The notes beneath the pieces were generated by a model. The model saw only the letters and a program-made list of their open reading frames with translations. It was not told the DNA's origin and did not search any database. A stretch of DNA of 64,000 bases from Planctomyces sp. SH-PL14 (GTDB lineage: Bacteria > Planctomycetota > Planctomycetia > Planctomycetales > Planctomycetaceae): positions 7,871,256 to 7,935,255 of the forward strand of contig NZ_CP011270.1 of assembly GCF_001610835.1 (NCBI RefSeq). Reading direction: 5' to 3'. Each line of letters opens with the position of its first letter. Position 1 is the stretch's first letter. The position numbers were made by a program, and so were the translations under genes. Shown piece by piece: positions 34,277 through 43,528 of this stretch.

Positions 34277-36307
34277 CTACGACGGGCGGATCAGGGCCGC
34301 GATGCACTGCAGGAGGGTCTCCGCCGTGAACGGTTTGGAGAGATGTTCCTGGAAGCCTGCCTCGATCGCGCGGGTCCGGTCTTCGGGCCTTGCGAAGGCG
34401 GTCAGGGCGATCGCCGGGATCGTGCGGCCCGACTGCCGCAGCTCGCGGAGGAACTGATGCCCGTCCTTGTCCGGCATGCCGATGTCGCTCACGATCACGT
34501 CGGGCTGGACCGTCCGCAGGCATTCCCAGGCTTCGTCGACCGTCGCCGCCGGGAGGACTCTGGCGTTCCGCTCCGTGAGGATCCGGCCGAGGAACTCGCG
34601 GGAGTCCGCCTCGTCCTCGACCACGATGACCGTCAACCCGCTCAGGTCGGCTCCCGGCCCGATCGCCGCGGCCGTGGTCCGGGCTTCGTCGGCCGGTTCC
34701 TCCTCCTCGGGTTTGTAGAGCAGGTCGGGGAGCAGCAGCGTGAACCGGGCTCCCTTCCCGGGACCGTCGCTCTCCGCCCAGATCGTCCCGCCGTGGAGCT
34801 CCGCCAGGTGCTTCACGATCGACAGCCCCAGCCCCAGGCCGCCGTGCTTTCGCGTCGTCGAGCCGTCCGCCTGCCGGAACCGGTCGAACATGACCTGCAG
34901 GAACGACGGCTCGATCCCTTCCCCGGTATCGATCACCTGGATCTCGACGTGGAAATCGACCCGGCGGACGCGGACCGTGATCGTCCCCTCCGGCGGCGTG
35001 AACTTGGTGGCGTTCGTCAGCAGGTTCCACAGGATCTGCTGCAGCCGCTGCGGATCGACCTGCAGAGGGATCTGGGCCGTCCGGCCGTCCGCCCCGATCG
35101 GCAGGTCGAACACGACCCGCAGCTGCCGGGCTGTCATGGCCGGCCGGACCCCCTCGACCGCCTCCTGCACCGTCCGCACGAGCTCGATCTTCTCGATGTT
35201 GAGGCGGATCTTGCCCGAGACGATGCGGCTGACATCCAGCAGGTCCTCGATGAGCTGCGTCTGCGCGCGGACGTTCCGGTCGATGACCTCGACCGCTTCC
35301 TGCACGACCGCCGCATCCTGCGGCCCGATCTTGAGGAGCTGCGTCCAGCCGAAGATGGCGTTCAGCGGCGTTCGGAGCTCGTGGCTGAGGGTCGCCAGGA
35401 ACTCGTCCTTGAGGTGGCTGACCCGCTCCACTTCCTGCCGGGCCGCCCGTTCGCTGTCGAGCAGCTCCTGCCGCTGCGCGGCCATGACCCTCGACTCGGT
35501 GACGTCCTGCGTCGTCCCGTCGAAGCGGATCGGCTTCCCTTCTCCGTCGAAATATGTCCGGCCGGTCGCGTGGATCCAGCGGAACTTCCCAGACGGCGAG
35601 ACGGTCCGGTACTCGACGTCGTACGGAACCCCCGCTTCGACGCAGGCGTCGATGGCGGCGCGGGTCCGCTCCCGGTCATCCGGGTGGAGGATCGAAAAGA
35701 AGAGATCCAGGTCGATCTCCGCCTCCGGCGGGAGCCAGAAGTGGGCCTTGCAGCGGTCATTCCACTCGATCCGGCTGAGCGGGAAGGGACAGTGGAACGT
35801 TCCGATCTGGGAGGCGTCGACCGCCAGCGCGAGCTGCTGCTGCAGCCGGCGGGATTCCGCCTCGGCCCGGGCCAGGGACTCCATCTGCCGGCGGCTGGCG
35901 TACTGCCGCCGGCGGGCCCGGATTGCCGCGTGAAGGGCGCTCGAGAGGGTCACCGTCGACGTGGGACGCTCAAGGAGCGTCACGTTGGTCAGCGCGTTCT
36001 GCAGCTCGGCGAGCCGCGGCGACGCGTTGTCCCGCCGCAGCAGGAGGACGATGGGGATGTCCGACCAGGCGGGTTGCTCCTCGAGCGCCTGCCGGAGGAG
36101 CGGGAAGCTCTTGTCGGCGACGATGTCCTCCGTCAGCAGCAGGACCCCCGCCCCCCGCGGAAGCTCTTCCGCGACGTCGGCGCAGGACGCGCAGCAGTGC
36201 GTCTCGAGCCCCGTGGCGGCGAGCAGACGGCTCGTCACCTCCGCATCGCGGCGCGTCGGCGCGAGCAACAGCACCCGGAGTTCCCCGGCCTCGCCTGGCA
36301 CACTCAC
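34277..36307 (-). CDS. Hybrid sensor histidine kinase / response regulator (REC-like - PAS - HisKA - HATPase_c - REC)
   Basis: H-box SHELRTPLNAI, N/G boxes LLTNATKFT...IDTGEGI...GGLGLGLSIVK, C-terminal receiver VVEDEADSREFL...DIGMPDKDG. GTG start overlapping the kaiC stop (GTGA). Confidence 0.9.
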   Translation of the reverse strand: MSVPGEAGELRVLLLAPTRRDAEVTSRLLAATGLETHCCASCADVAEELPRGAGVLLLTEDIVADKSFPLLRQALEEQPAWSDIPIVLLLRRDNASPRLAELQNALTNVTLLERPTSTVTLSSALHAAIRARRRQYASRRQMESLARAEAESRRLQQQLALAVDASQIGTFHCPFPLSRIEWNDRCKAHFWLPPEAEIDLDLFFSILHPDDRERTRAAIDACVEAGVPYDVEYRTVSPSGKFRWIHATGRTYFDGEGKPIRFDGTTQDVTESRVMAAQRQELLDSERAARQEVERVSHLKDEFLATLSHELRTPLNAIFGWTQLLKIGPQDAAVVQEAVEVIDRNVRAQTQLIEDLLDVSRIVSGKIRLNIEKIELVRTVQEAVEGVRPAMTARQLRVVFDLPIGADGRTAQIPLQVDPQRLQQILWNLLTNATKFTPPEGTITVRVRRVDFHVEIQVIDTGEGIEPSFLQVMFDRFRQADGSTTRKHGGLGLGLSIVKHLAELHGGTIWAESDGPGKGARFTLLLPDLLYKPEEEEPADEARTTAAAIGPGADLSGLTVIVVEDEADSREFLGRILTERNARVLPAATVDEAWECLRTVQPDVIVSDIGMPDKDGHQFLRELRQSGRTIPAIALTAFARPEDRTRAIEAGFQEHLSKPFTAETLLQCIAALIRPS

Positions 36308-37827
36308 TGGGGACTCGCTTTCGGTGCCGAACCGTTTTCCCGCTCCGCCTGTTCCTGCGTGATCTCGGTCGGAACGCCGGTCAGCACGCCCCTCAGCCGC
36401 GTCAGCGGTTCGCTCAGGTGGATTCCCTGCCGGTCGAAGCGAAGCTCCCGGATCGCTTCTTCGTGGGCCCCGCTCCGCTTCTTGAGGACGGAGATCGCCT
36501 TCTTGACCCGGCCCACGTGCTCGAAGTACCGGAAGAGGACCACCGCGTCGGCCAGGTAGCTCGTGTCCGCCGGCGTGCTTGCCGAACCGCCGAGCATCCC
36601 GTGCTGGGCGACGACCATGAACGTCGTGACCCCTTTCCGCCCCAGGTAGGTCAGCAGCTCGTGCAGCTGGAGGGTCAGGAAATGCTCCTCCGGCATGGCG
36701 TTCAGATAGCCGTTCAGACTGTCGATGACGACGACCCGCGCGCCGTCGACCTCGACCGCCCGGCGGATGTGATGCACGAACTCTCCCGGCGAAAGCTCGG
36801 CGGCATCGATCTGCTGGATGCGGACTTTTCCCGGGCCGGTGCCGGGCTGGAGCACGATCCCCAGGGCGTTCGCCCGCTTCATGAGGATGGAGGGGCTTTC
36901 ATCGAAGGCGAAGACCGCGGCGTGCTCGCCGCGGGCGGCGGCGGCGGACGCGTACTGCAGGGCCACCGTCGACTTGCCCGCCCCGGCCGGTCCCAGCAGC
37001 AGCGTGCTGGTCCCGCGGTCGGGCCCCCCGCCGAGGAGCGCGTCGAGCGGCGCGACTCCGCTCTGCAGCTGGTCGAGCCCGTCCTGTTGAGTGTGTTCCG
37101 CCGCGATCAGCCGCGGATAGACCTCGAGCCCGCCGCGGAGAATCCGGTAGTCGTGATACCCGCTCCGATAGTCCGTTCCGCGGAACTTGGAGATCTGCAG
37201 CCGGCGGCGGGTGACGCCGTAGTCGGGGTTCAGCCGCTCCAGTAGGACGACGCCGTGGGCGATGCTCTGGACCTGCTGGTCGTTGGAGTCGGCGGTCTTG
37301 TCGTCCAGCAGCAGGACGGTGCACTTCCGTCCGACGAAGAACTGCTTGAGGGCCAGGATCTGGCGGCGGTACCGAAGCGGGTTCTGGGCAAGGAGCCGCA
37401 GCTCGGAGAGGGAGTCGAACACGACCCGCTGCGGGTTGCTCCGCTGGACCGCCTCCAGGACCTTGCGGGTCGTCTCGCTCAGTTCGATCTCGGAGGGGTG
37501 GACCATGGTGAGCTGCTGGTCGGCGGCGAGGTCCGAGTCCTCCGCCAGCAGTTCGAAGATCTCGATCCCCTCGAGCGACCAGCCGTGGGAGGCGGCTCCC
37601 GCGCGAAGTTCCTCGGCGGTCTCGGAGAGCGTGATGTAGAGGCAGCGGTCGCCGCGCCGTCTTCCTTCGAGGAGGTACTGCAGGGAGAGGGTCGTCTTCC
37701 CCGCTCCGGGGGTCCCTTCGAGGAGGTAGATGCGGTCGGAGATCAGGCCGCCATTGAGGATGTCATCGAGTCCGGCGATTCCCGTCCGGGAGCGCGGGAC
37801 GTCCGCTGCGGTGGATGCGACGTTCAT
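36304..37827 (-). CDS. kaiC: KaiC-family circadian clock protein homolog (double RecA-like ATPase)
   Basis: Two RecA/KaiC domains, each with a Walker A (EGTPGAGKTTLSLQY and LLLGPAGAGKSTVALQY). 507 aa. Translationally coupled to the downstream histidine kinase. Confidence 0.9.
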   Translation of the reverse strand: MNVASTAADVPRSRTGIAGLDDILNGGLISDRIYLLEGTPGAGKTTLSLQYLLEGRRRGDRCLYITLSETAEELRAGAASHGWSLEGIEIFELLAEDSDLAADQQLTMVHPSEIELSETTRKVLEAVQRSNPQRVVFDSLSELRLLAQNPLRYRRQILALKQFFVGRKCTVLLLDDKTADSNDQQVQSIAHGVVLLERLNPDYGVTRRRLQISKFRGTDYRSGYHDYRILRGGLEVYPRLIAAEHTQQDGLDQLQSGVAPLDALLGGGPDRGTSTLLLGPAGAGKSTVALQYASAAAARGEHAAVFAFDESPSILMKRANALGIVLQPGTGPGKVRIQQIDAAELSPGEFVHHIRRAVEVDGARVVVIDSLNGYLNAMPEEHFLTLQLHELLTYLGRKGVTTFMVVAQHGMLGGSASTPADTSYLADAVVLFRYFEHVGRVKKAISVLKKRSGAHEEAIRELRFDRQGIHLSEPLTRLRGVLTGVPTEITQEQAERENGSAPKASPQ

Positions 37828-38114
37828 GAATCCAGGGTGCCGTTCGTGGAGTCGATTGCCGCGATGGAGGGACGAAGGTCCGGTCGATCGCGGGCGGATG
37901 GGTTGTGGCTGGCCCCGGCAGAAAGGCCTGTTCCGACATCATAAGGCGATCCCCCCCGAATCTCGACCAGGGGCGAGGCCCCTGGACCCGGTGGCCGTGG
38001 AGAGATGGGATTGAGCGGATGGGAGCTGTGCCGGCGGGCGCGGTGTTCGAGCGAATGTTGGAGAGCGTGCCTGGCGAAGGCGGGCTCGTTGCGCCACCCG
38101 CCATTGCTCGTCGA

Positions 38115-38275
38115 CCGGGTCCAGGGTCACCCTGGTCAGGGGGTGCAGGGGGGACTGTGTTGTGTCTCCTGGCCCCTTGCCCGCCGGAGGCCGTCTCGTC
38201 GAGAACCATTAGAAGAGGGTTGTGTCTGACCACGGACCGGCGCGGTATGCCCCCCTGACCTCTTTGCGGGCCGCG
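38115..38275 (-). repeat. Dispersed repeat copy D (right half with conserved ~80-nt extension), inverted
   Basis: CCGGGTCCAGGGTCACCCTGGTCAGGGGGTGCAGGGGGGACTGTGTTGTGTCTCCTGGCCCCTTGCCCGCCGGAGGCCGTCTCGTCGAGAACCATTAGAAGAGGGTTGTGTCTGAC...GCCCCCCTGACCTCTTTGCGGGCCGCGG is nearly identical in architecture to 63423-63586. Confidence 0.75.
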
Positions 38276-38286
38276 GCGTCGCGAAG

Positions 38287-38626
38287 TTACCCATGCTGCA
38301 GAATGTTGAGCAGTTTGCCGAACGGGTCGCGGACGTAGAACCGGCGGACGCCCCACGGTTCGGTCGTCGGGCCGTATTCGATGGGGAAGCCGGCCGCGCG
38401 GGTCCGCTCGAGGGCTTCGTCGAGGTTGTCGACCTCGATCGACAGGTCGGGAACGGCGGTACCGGAGCCCCCTTCGGAGAGGATGCTGAGCTGGACGGGC
38501 ATCGGGGAGTCCGCTCCGTACGTCCGGATCCAGCCGAAATCCATGAGGAGCGTGAGGCCGAGGACCTCTTCGTAGAAGGCTCGGGCTTTCGCCACGTCGG
38601 GGGTGGCGATGTTGGAGACGATGCGT
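38287..38626 (-). CDS. VOC/glyoxalase-family protein
   Basis: GTG start with AAGGAGG RBS at 38626. ...[26 protein letters not shown]...[45 protein letters not shown] is a glyoxalase/bleomycin-resistance fold. Confidence 0.75.
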
Positions 38627-38847
38627 TTGACCTTCACGAAATCCTCCTTTGCCCCGGAGCCGGGAGACGCCGACCGCAAGCCGCATGGGGTCGGACTAGG
38701 GGAAAGCATGTCCCGCGGTCCCGGCGCGGGTCAAGGTCCCGCGGGCGATCGGACCGGCCGCGGAGGGGAGACGATTGCCTCCCGGGGGGCGGGACCTATG
38801 ATCCCCAGTCCCGCCGGAGTCGTCCTTTTCCGTCTTCTCTGCTCTGC

Positions 38848-39114
38848 ATGTCCAGCCCCTCGAACGATCCGCTGCATGGCATCACGCTGGCGATGATGCT
38901 CGAACAACTTGTCGAGAAGCTCGGCTGGGAGGAGATGGCGCGAAACGTCGACATCCGCTGCTTCACGCAGGACCCGAGCGTCTCCTCCAGCCTGAAGTTC
39001 CTCCGGAAGACTCCGTGGGCCCGCGCGAAGGTCGAGCGGCTTTACCTGGACCGGATCGCCGCCCCGCCGCGTTCACCCCGGCCCCGTGGGCCGCGGAACG
39101 ACGGGCCGCGCTGA
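38848..39114 (+). CDS. DUF2132 (VF530-like) small conserved protein
   Basis: ...[58 protein letters not shown] matches the conserved DUF2132 pattern. Confidence 0.65.
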   Translation: MSSPSNDPLHGITLAMMLEQLVEKLGWEEMARNVDIRCFTQDPSVSSSLKFLRKTPWARAKVERLYLDRIAAPPRSPRPRGPRNDGPR

Positions 39115-39381
39115 GGGGCGGCGATGGCCACTCGCGCCGCACGCGAGTCGCCGAGCTCGGTGGCTTGCAGGGGACGGCTCATCTCCCTGACGCGAGATCA
39201 CCACCGCTCCGCTCCGGCCGACGCATCTCTCCGCCCGGGCCGGCACATGTGCCCACCGCGGCCCCGTCCGGTGCCGGTCTTGGACACGTCACCCGGCCGA
39301 CGGGTACTCTGATGGGGGAACTCATCGTCGCCCGTTCCTCGGACCGGGCGGCACGCTCGCGAAGCGGGAGGCAAGGGGGCC

Positions 39382-40584
39382 GTGATCTCGAAACGATGGC
39401 TTCGTCGGTCGGCGGGCGTTGCGGCGGTCCTTCTGTCCGCCATGGTCGTCCAGATCGTGTTGAGGTCCCGGCAGATCACGTGGGCCATCGCGGTCGTCGA
39501 GGAATGCGGAGGAGGAATCTCCGAGGACGAGTTTCCGCCCTATTTCAACGGCCCGTACTTTGTGACCTTCAACGTCCCCGGAATCCCCCGTCCCGTCCGT
39601 GACTCCGACGCGCCCCGGCTGGCGGACGCGCTTCCGGCCTTCCGTCGGCTGGAGCGGATCGACTTCTCCCATACGGCACTCGGCGATTCGTTCTTCGAGG
39701 AGATCGCGCCGCGGGTCTCGGTCCAGGACATCGATATCTCGCACACGCAATGCGGCCATGACGGGGCCTTCGCGCTGGCTCGACACCGCAGTTGCCGGAC
39801 CCTTCGTATCCACGGCCTGAACCTCACCGAAGGGACCGTGCGGGCGCTGACGGACCGGGGGATCACCTGCGTGGGGCAGACCGCGGCTGGGAAAGCGAAG
39901 GAGCCCGGGTGGGGCGATGTTCCCGAATCTCCGCCGATCGTCCGAACCGTCACACAGGAGTTTGTCGAAGCGGCGTTCCGGGGGGACGTGGAGGCTGTCC
40001 AGCGGCACCTGCGGAACGGCGTGAGCGTCGATGTCCGCCACGGCGGACCGTCCACCGTCTTCCGAGGGGACGACGGCGGATATCCAGTTGCGGGGGCCCG
40101 CTGGACGGCGCTGCATGCCGCCGCTTCGGCCCGCCGGCCTGACATGGTCGCCTGGCTGATCGAGGCCGGAGCCGATCTCGACCTGGACGACGGGTACGGG
40201 GCGACAGCCCTCTACATGTCGGTCGACGTTTACGACCGCAAGAACCTCCACGATGAGTGCGCGCTCCTTCTGATCCGCGCGGGGGCGAAGGTCAATACTC
40301 GGACCGGCGTCTACATCGACGGGAACGGCGATAACACCCCGTTGCACCGGGCCGTTGTCTGGAACCAGCGCCGCGCCGTTTCGGCCCTGATCGAAGCGGG
40401 GGCCGATGTGAATGCCCGGACCGAAGGTGGAATGACACCGCTCCACGATGCCTACTTATGCGGGGCCGACCAGGAGATCATCGACGCCCTGCTGCCGGTG
40501 GGGGCGGACCCCATGGCGAAAGATGAAGACGGACGCATTCCGTCGGAGTGGAAGCTTCCCGCAGGCTTCCCGGAGCTCGAATGA
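39382..40584 (+). CDS. Ankyrin-repeat protein with N-terminal TM anchor
   Basis: C-terminal ANK repeats (...TALHAAASARRPDMVAWLIEAGADLDLDDGYGATALYMS...TPLHRAVVWNQRRAVSALIEAGADVNART...TPLHDAYLCGADQEIIDALLPVGADP). Confidence 0.75.
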   Translation: MISKRWLRRSAGVAAVLLSAMVVQIVLRSRQITWAIAVVEECGGGISEDEFPPYFNGPYFVTFNVPGIPRPVRDSDAPRLADALPAFRRLERIDFSHTALGDSFFEEIAPRVSVQDIDISHTQCGHDGAFALARHRSCRTLRIHGLNLTEGTVRALTDRGITCVGQTAAGKAKEPGWGDVPESPPIVRTVTQEFVEAAFRGDVEAVQRHLRNGVSVDVRHGGPSTVFRGDDGGYPVAGARWTALHAAASARRPDMVAWLIEAGADLDLDDGYGATALYMSVDVYDRKNLHDECALLLIRAGAKVNTRTGVYIDGNGDNTPLHRAVVWNQRRAVSALIEAGADVNARTEGGMTPLHDAYLCGADQEIIDALLPVGADPMAKDEDGRIPSEWKLPAGFPELE

Positions 40585-40730
40585 ACCTCGCTGGACAAGT
40601 CGAACGCAGCCCAGTGCCTCAGGACGGACGGTTGCGGGTTCATCAAGGGGGAGGGGGGCGGGAGGGAGGCGGCCGAACGACGGGGCGGGGGCGGATTCCG
40701 CCTATCAGGGATTGTTCGGCACGAACCGCC

Positions 40731-41201
40731 TCAGCCCCGGCGGGCCGCTTCGATGGCGGCGACGTCGATCTTCGTCATCGTCATCATCGCCGCGAAGACC
40801 CGCTGGCCTTCGGCCCCGCCGGCGGCGACCGCGTCGGCCAGGACCCGCGGCGTGATCTGCCACGAGAATCCCCAGCGGTCCTCGCACCAGCCGCACATGC
40901 TCTCCTTGCCGCCGTTGCCGACGATCGCGTTCCAGTAGCGGTCCGTCTCCTCCTGGCTGTCGGTCGCGATCTGGAACGAGAAGGACTGGCTGAACCCCGG
41001 ACCGCCGTTGAAGGCGACGCAGGGAATCCCCAGGAGCGTGAACTCCACCGTCAGCACGTCCCCCGCTTTCCCGCCCGGGTAGTCGCCGGGAGCGGTGTGG
41101 ACGGCGGTCACCCGGCTGTCCGGGAAGGTGGCGACGTAGAAGCGGGCGGCCTGCTCCGCCTCCTTCGGGAACCACAGGCAGACGATGTTCTTCGGTCTCA
41201 T
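40731..41201 (-). CDS. PhnB-like VOC-family protein (3-demethylubiquinone-9 3-methyltransferase-like domain)
   Basis: ...CLWFPKEAEQAARFYVATFPDSRV...VEFTLLGIPCVAFNGGP...CGWCEDRWGFSWQITP matches the PhnB/YjdN family. Confidence 0.75.
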   Translation of the reverse strand: MRPKNIVCLWFPKEAEQAARFYVATFPDSRVTAVHTAPGDYPGGKAGDVLTVEFTLLGIPCVAFNGGPGFSQSFSFQIATDSQEETDRYWNAIVGNGGKESMCGWCEDRWGFSWQITPRVLADAVAAGGAEGQRVFAAMMTMTKIDVAAIEAARRG

Positions 41202-41626
41202 GGTGGCGTGCGACTCTCGACAGGCGTGAGGCTCGCGGCCGCGGCGTGGCCCGGCGGCCAGGGTTCCGGCGACGGATGGTCCCGGCGACGAAAGGTCCCG
41301 ACCGCCGCGTGGCGGAGCCGAAGGACTGGGGGCGAGTGGCGGGCGGCCGGGGCGGTCCTCACAGGGTTCGGTTGGTGGCGATGGCCCCGCGGTCGGGCAT
41401 TCTCACCCGCGGGGCCGCGGATGTCACGTTCCGCGGATGTGGCCTGTTCCTGGTGCGCCGGCACCGACCCTCTCTGGCCGCGCCGCGATCACCGCCCCCG
41501 GCCGCCGAAGCCACCGTGCGGGCTCGGACGAGCTGAATCCTGGCCGGCCGCTCCGGCAGCGTTTTTGCTTCCCGTACGACTCCTCACCCGACCGACTCAC
41601 CCCGCACTCCGCAGGACGGCCCGCTC

Positions 41627-42175
41627 ATGGACTCCATCAACAAGAACCAGCCCGAAGACCCTCGCCGGGACCTCGCGGGGCCGGACGCGGTCGCCAAGAT
41701 CCAGGAGATCGTGGCGGCGGCCGAAAACTGCTTCTTCTGCACGACGTCCCTCGGCACCGAGGGAGAGGGCGGGACGCCGCCGGCCCGGCCGATGAACGTC
41801 CGCAGCGTCGACGACGCGGGACGTCTCTGGTTTCTCAGCGCCAGCGACAGTCACAAGAACCGGCAGCTCGCCCGGGATCCGCATGTCACGCTCTACTTCC
41901 ACGGGACCACGCACGCGGACTTCCTGCAGCTGCACGGCGTCGCCACGATCTCCACAGATCGGCAGCGGATCGAGTCCCTCTGGAACCCGGTGCTGAAGAC
42001 GTGGTTCACCGAGGGGGTGACCGATCCCCGCATCACGGTCATTCAGGTGACGCCGACCTCGGGCTACTACTGGGACACGAAGCACGGACGCGTCGTCGCC
42101 GGCATCAAGATGCTGATCGGAGCGGCGCTCGGAACGACCCTCGACGACTCGGTCGAGGGGACCGTCCGTCCGTGA
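41627..42175 (+). CDS. Pyridoxamine 5'-phosphate oxidase-family / general stress protein 26-like
   Basis: ...AAAENCFFCTTSLG...MNVRSVDDAGRLWFLSASDSHKNRQLARDPHVTLYF...GYYWDTKHGRVV matches the PNPOx-like FMN-binding split barrel (YzzA/GSP26). Confidence 0.8.
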   Translation: MDSINKNQPEDPRRDLAGPDAVAKIQEIVAAAENCFFCTTSLGTEGEGGTPPARPMNVRSVDDAGRLWFLSASDSHKNRQLARDPHVTLYFHGTTHADFLQLHGVATISTDRQRIESLWNPVLKTWFTEGVTDPRITVIQVTPTSGYYWDTKHGRVVAGIKMLIGAALGTTLDDSVEGTVRP

Positions 42176-42380
42176 GACCGTCCGCCGCGATCATCCTCCT
42201 CAAGACCGTCTGATGAGTCGATCACGTTCACCGGCCAGAGCAGGCGCGTCACTTCGCATTGGGCCGCCTCATCGTCCAAGCGCCAAGACTTCCCGGCGAG
42301 ACACGTCCCCGCTGAAGCCAGCAGGGAGGCGTCGCCGGGCGTACTGGTCGAGACAGGTCTGCCGGCCGCCCGCGCGGGTC

Positions 42381-42893
42381 TCACACTCGCCGCACGGCTC
42401 CGTTCCGGTCGAGGATCGCCCGGGCTTCGACGCCGCGGGCCCCTCGGACGGTGACGATCGCCCGTCCCTTGCCGTACTCCGATTCGTAATAGGCGACGTC
42501 CTTGTCCGGGATTCCCATGCCGGCCAGCGCTCCGGCGACACCGGCGACGGCCGCTCCCGCCCCGGCGCTCGAGAGGAGCGCTCCGAGCGTCCCGCCGGCA
42601 ATGGCGGGTCCGATCCCGGGAATCGCCCCGGCGAGGATCCCCATTCCCCACAGGGCTCCGAGCGCCGCCCCGGCCGCGACGCCGGCGGCGGCCCCCTCCC
42701 CGGCTTTCGTATCCGACTCCTTCGTCACCGTCCCGTCGCCGGACGACGGGGACACGAATCCGATCTCCTCTTCCGCGAAACCCGCCTGCCGCAGGTCCCG
42801 GACAGCCGCCTGAGCTTGAGCTTCCGATTCAAACGCCCCGGCAACAGTCCCGAGCGTAGTCGTGGTCGTGGTCATGAGTGCGAGCCTCTTCAA
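42381..42893 (-). CDS. Glycine-zipper membrane / general-stress-type protein
   Basis: 170 aa, a long GxxxG-rich hydrophobic core (AAGVAAGAALGALWGMGILAGAIPGIGPAIAGGTLGALLSSAGAGAAVAGVAGALAGMG) with short soluble termini. Confidence 0.5.
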   Translation of the reverse strand: MKRLALMTTTTTTLGTVAGAFESEAQAQAAVRDLRQAGFAEEEIGFVSPSSGDGTVTKESDTKAGEGAAAGVAAGAALGALWGMGILAGAIPGIGPAIAGGTLGALLSSAGAGAAVAGVAGALAGMGIPDKDVAYYESEYGKGRAIVTVRGARGVEARAILDRNGAVRRV

Positions 42894-43013
42894 GTCACGG
42901 GATGGAACAACCGAACGGCTCGACGGAAAGCAATCAACGCGCCCATGCGGCGGGGGCCAGGCTTTTCCCAGGGAAGCGTCGCAGGCAATCGAATCCGCGG
43001 TCCGCGGCGCGCC

Positions 43014-43406
43014 TCAGCCCGGGAACTCCTGCCGGAACGACTCCGGCAGGAAGGGGAGCAGTTCCTCCCACGCCTCGCGGACCATCCGGACCGGGCTGAA
43101 GGGGTACAGAGCGGAGAGGCGAGTCCAGATCGTGCGGCGACGGCGGCCGGAGAGGATCTCGGCCTGCATCCAGTCGAGGTCAAACCCGTACCACTCGCCG
43201 ACCATGCTCCGCAGGTTGTCGGCGACGACCGGGTACACCTCGTCCCAGAGAATGGTCTGGATCTCCGTGGGAGAGTAGCCCGACGCGACAAGGACCGCCG
43301 CGATCTCCTGGTGCCAGCGGTCGTCCAGCTCCGTATCGAGGAAGAAACTCGAGAGCGCCTCCCACACGGGACGGCGACGTTGGAGGTCCTGATCGGGCGG
43401 GGTCAT
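43014..43406 (-). CDS. Hypothetical protein
   Basis: 130-aa ORF. No motif recognised. Confidence 0.4.
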   Translation of the reverse strand: MTPPDQDLQRRRPVWEALSSFFLDTELDDRWHQEIAAVLVASGYSPTEIQTILWDEVYPVVADNLRSMVGEWYGFDLDWMQAEILSGRRRRTIWTRLSALYPFSPVRMVREAWEELLPFLPESFRQEFPG

Positions 43407-43528
43407 GGGGCGCGGTAGTGGCGGCGGCGGCCGCCGCGGCGGGGACGAGGGGGGGGCGGAACCCGCGCGTTGCTGGTCCGCGGGGCGTGAGCGCTCTAAC
43501 TTAACAGATTGGTGTTCGCGTCTGTCTT

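Noticed and set aside
34271-36559. 762-aa plus-strand ORF antisense to the hybrid histidine kinase and kaiC
   Set aside because: Antisense to two genes with unambiguous catalytic motifs. Arg/Leu/Pro-rich translation.
42213-43418. 401-aa plus-strand Arg-rich ORF
   Set aside because: Overlaps two plausible minus-strand genes (42381..42893, 43014..43406). Composition typical of a GC artefact.
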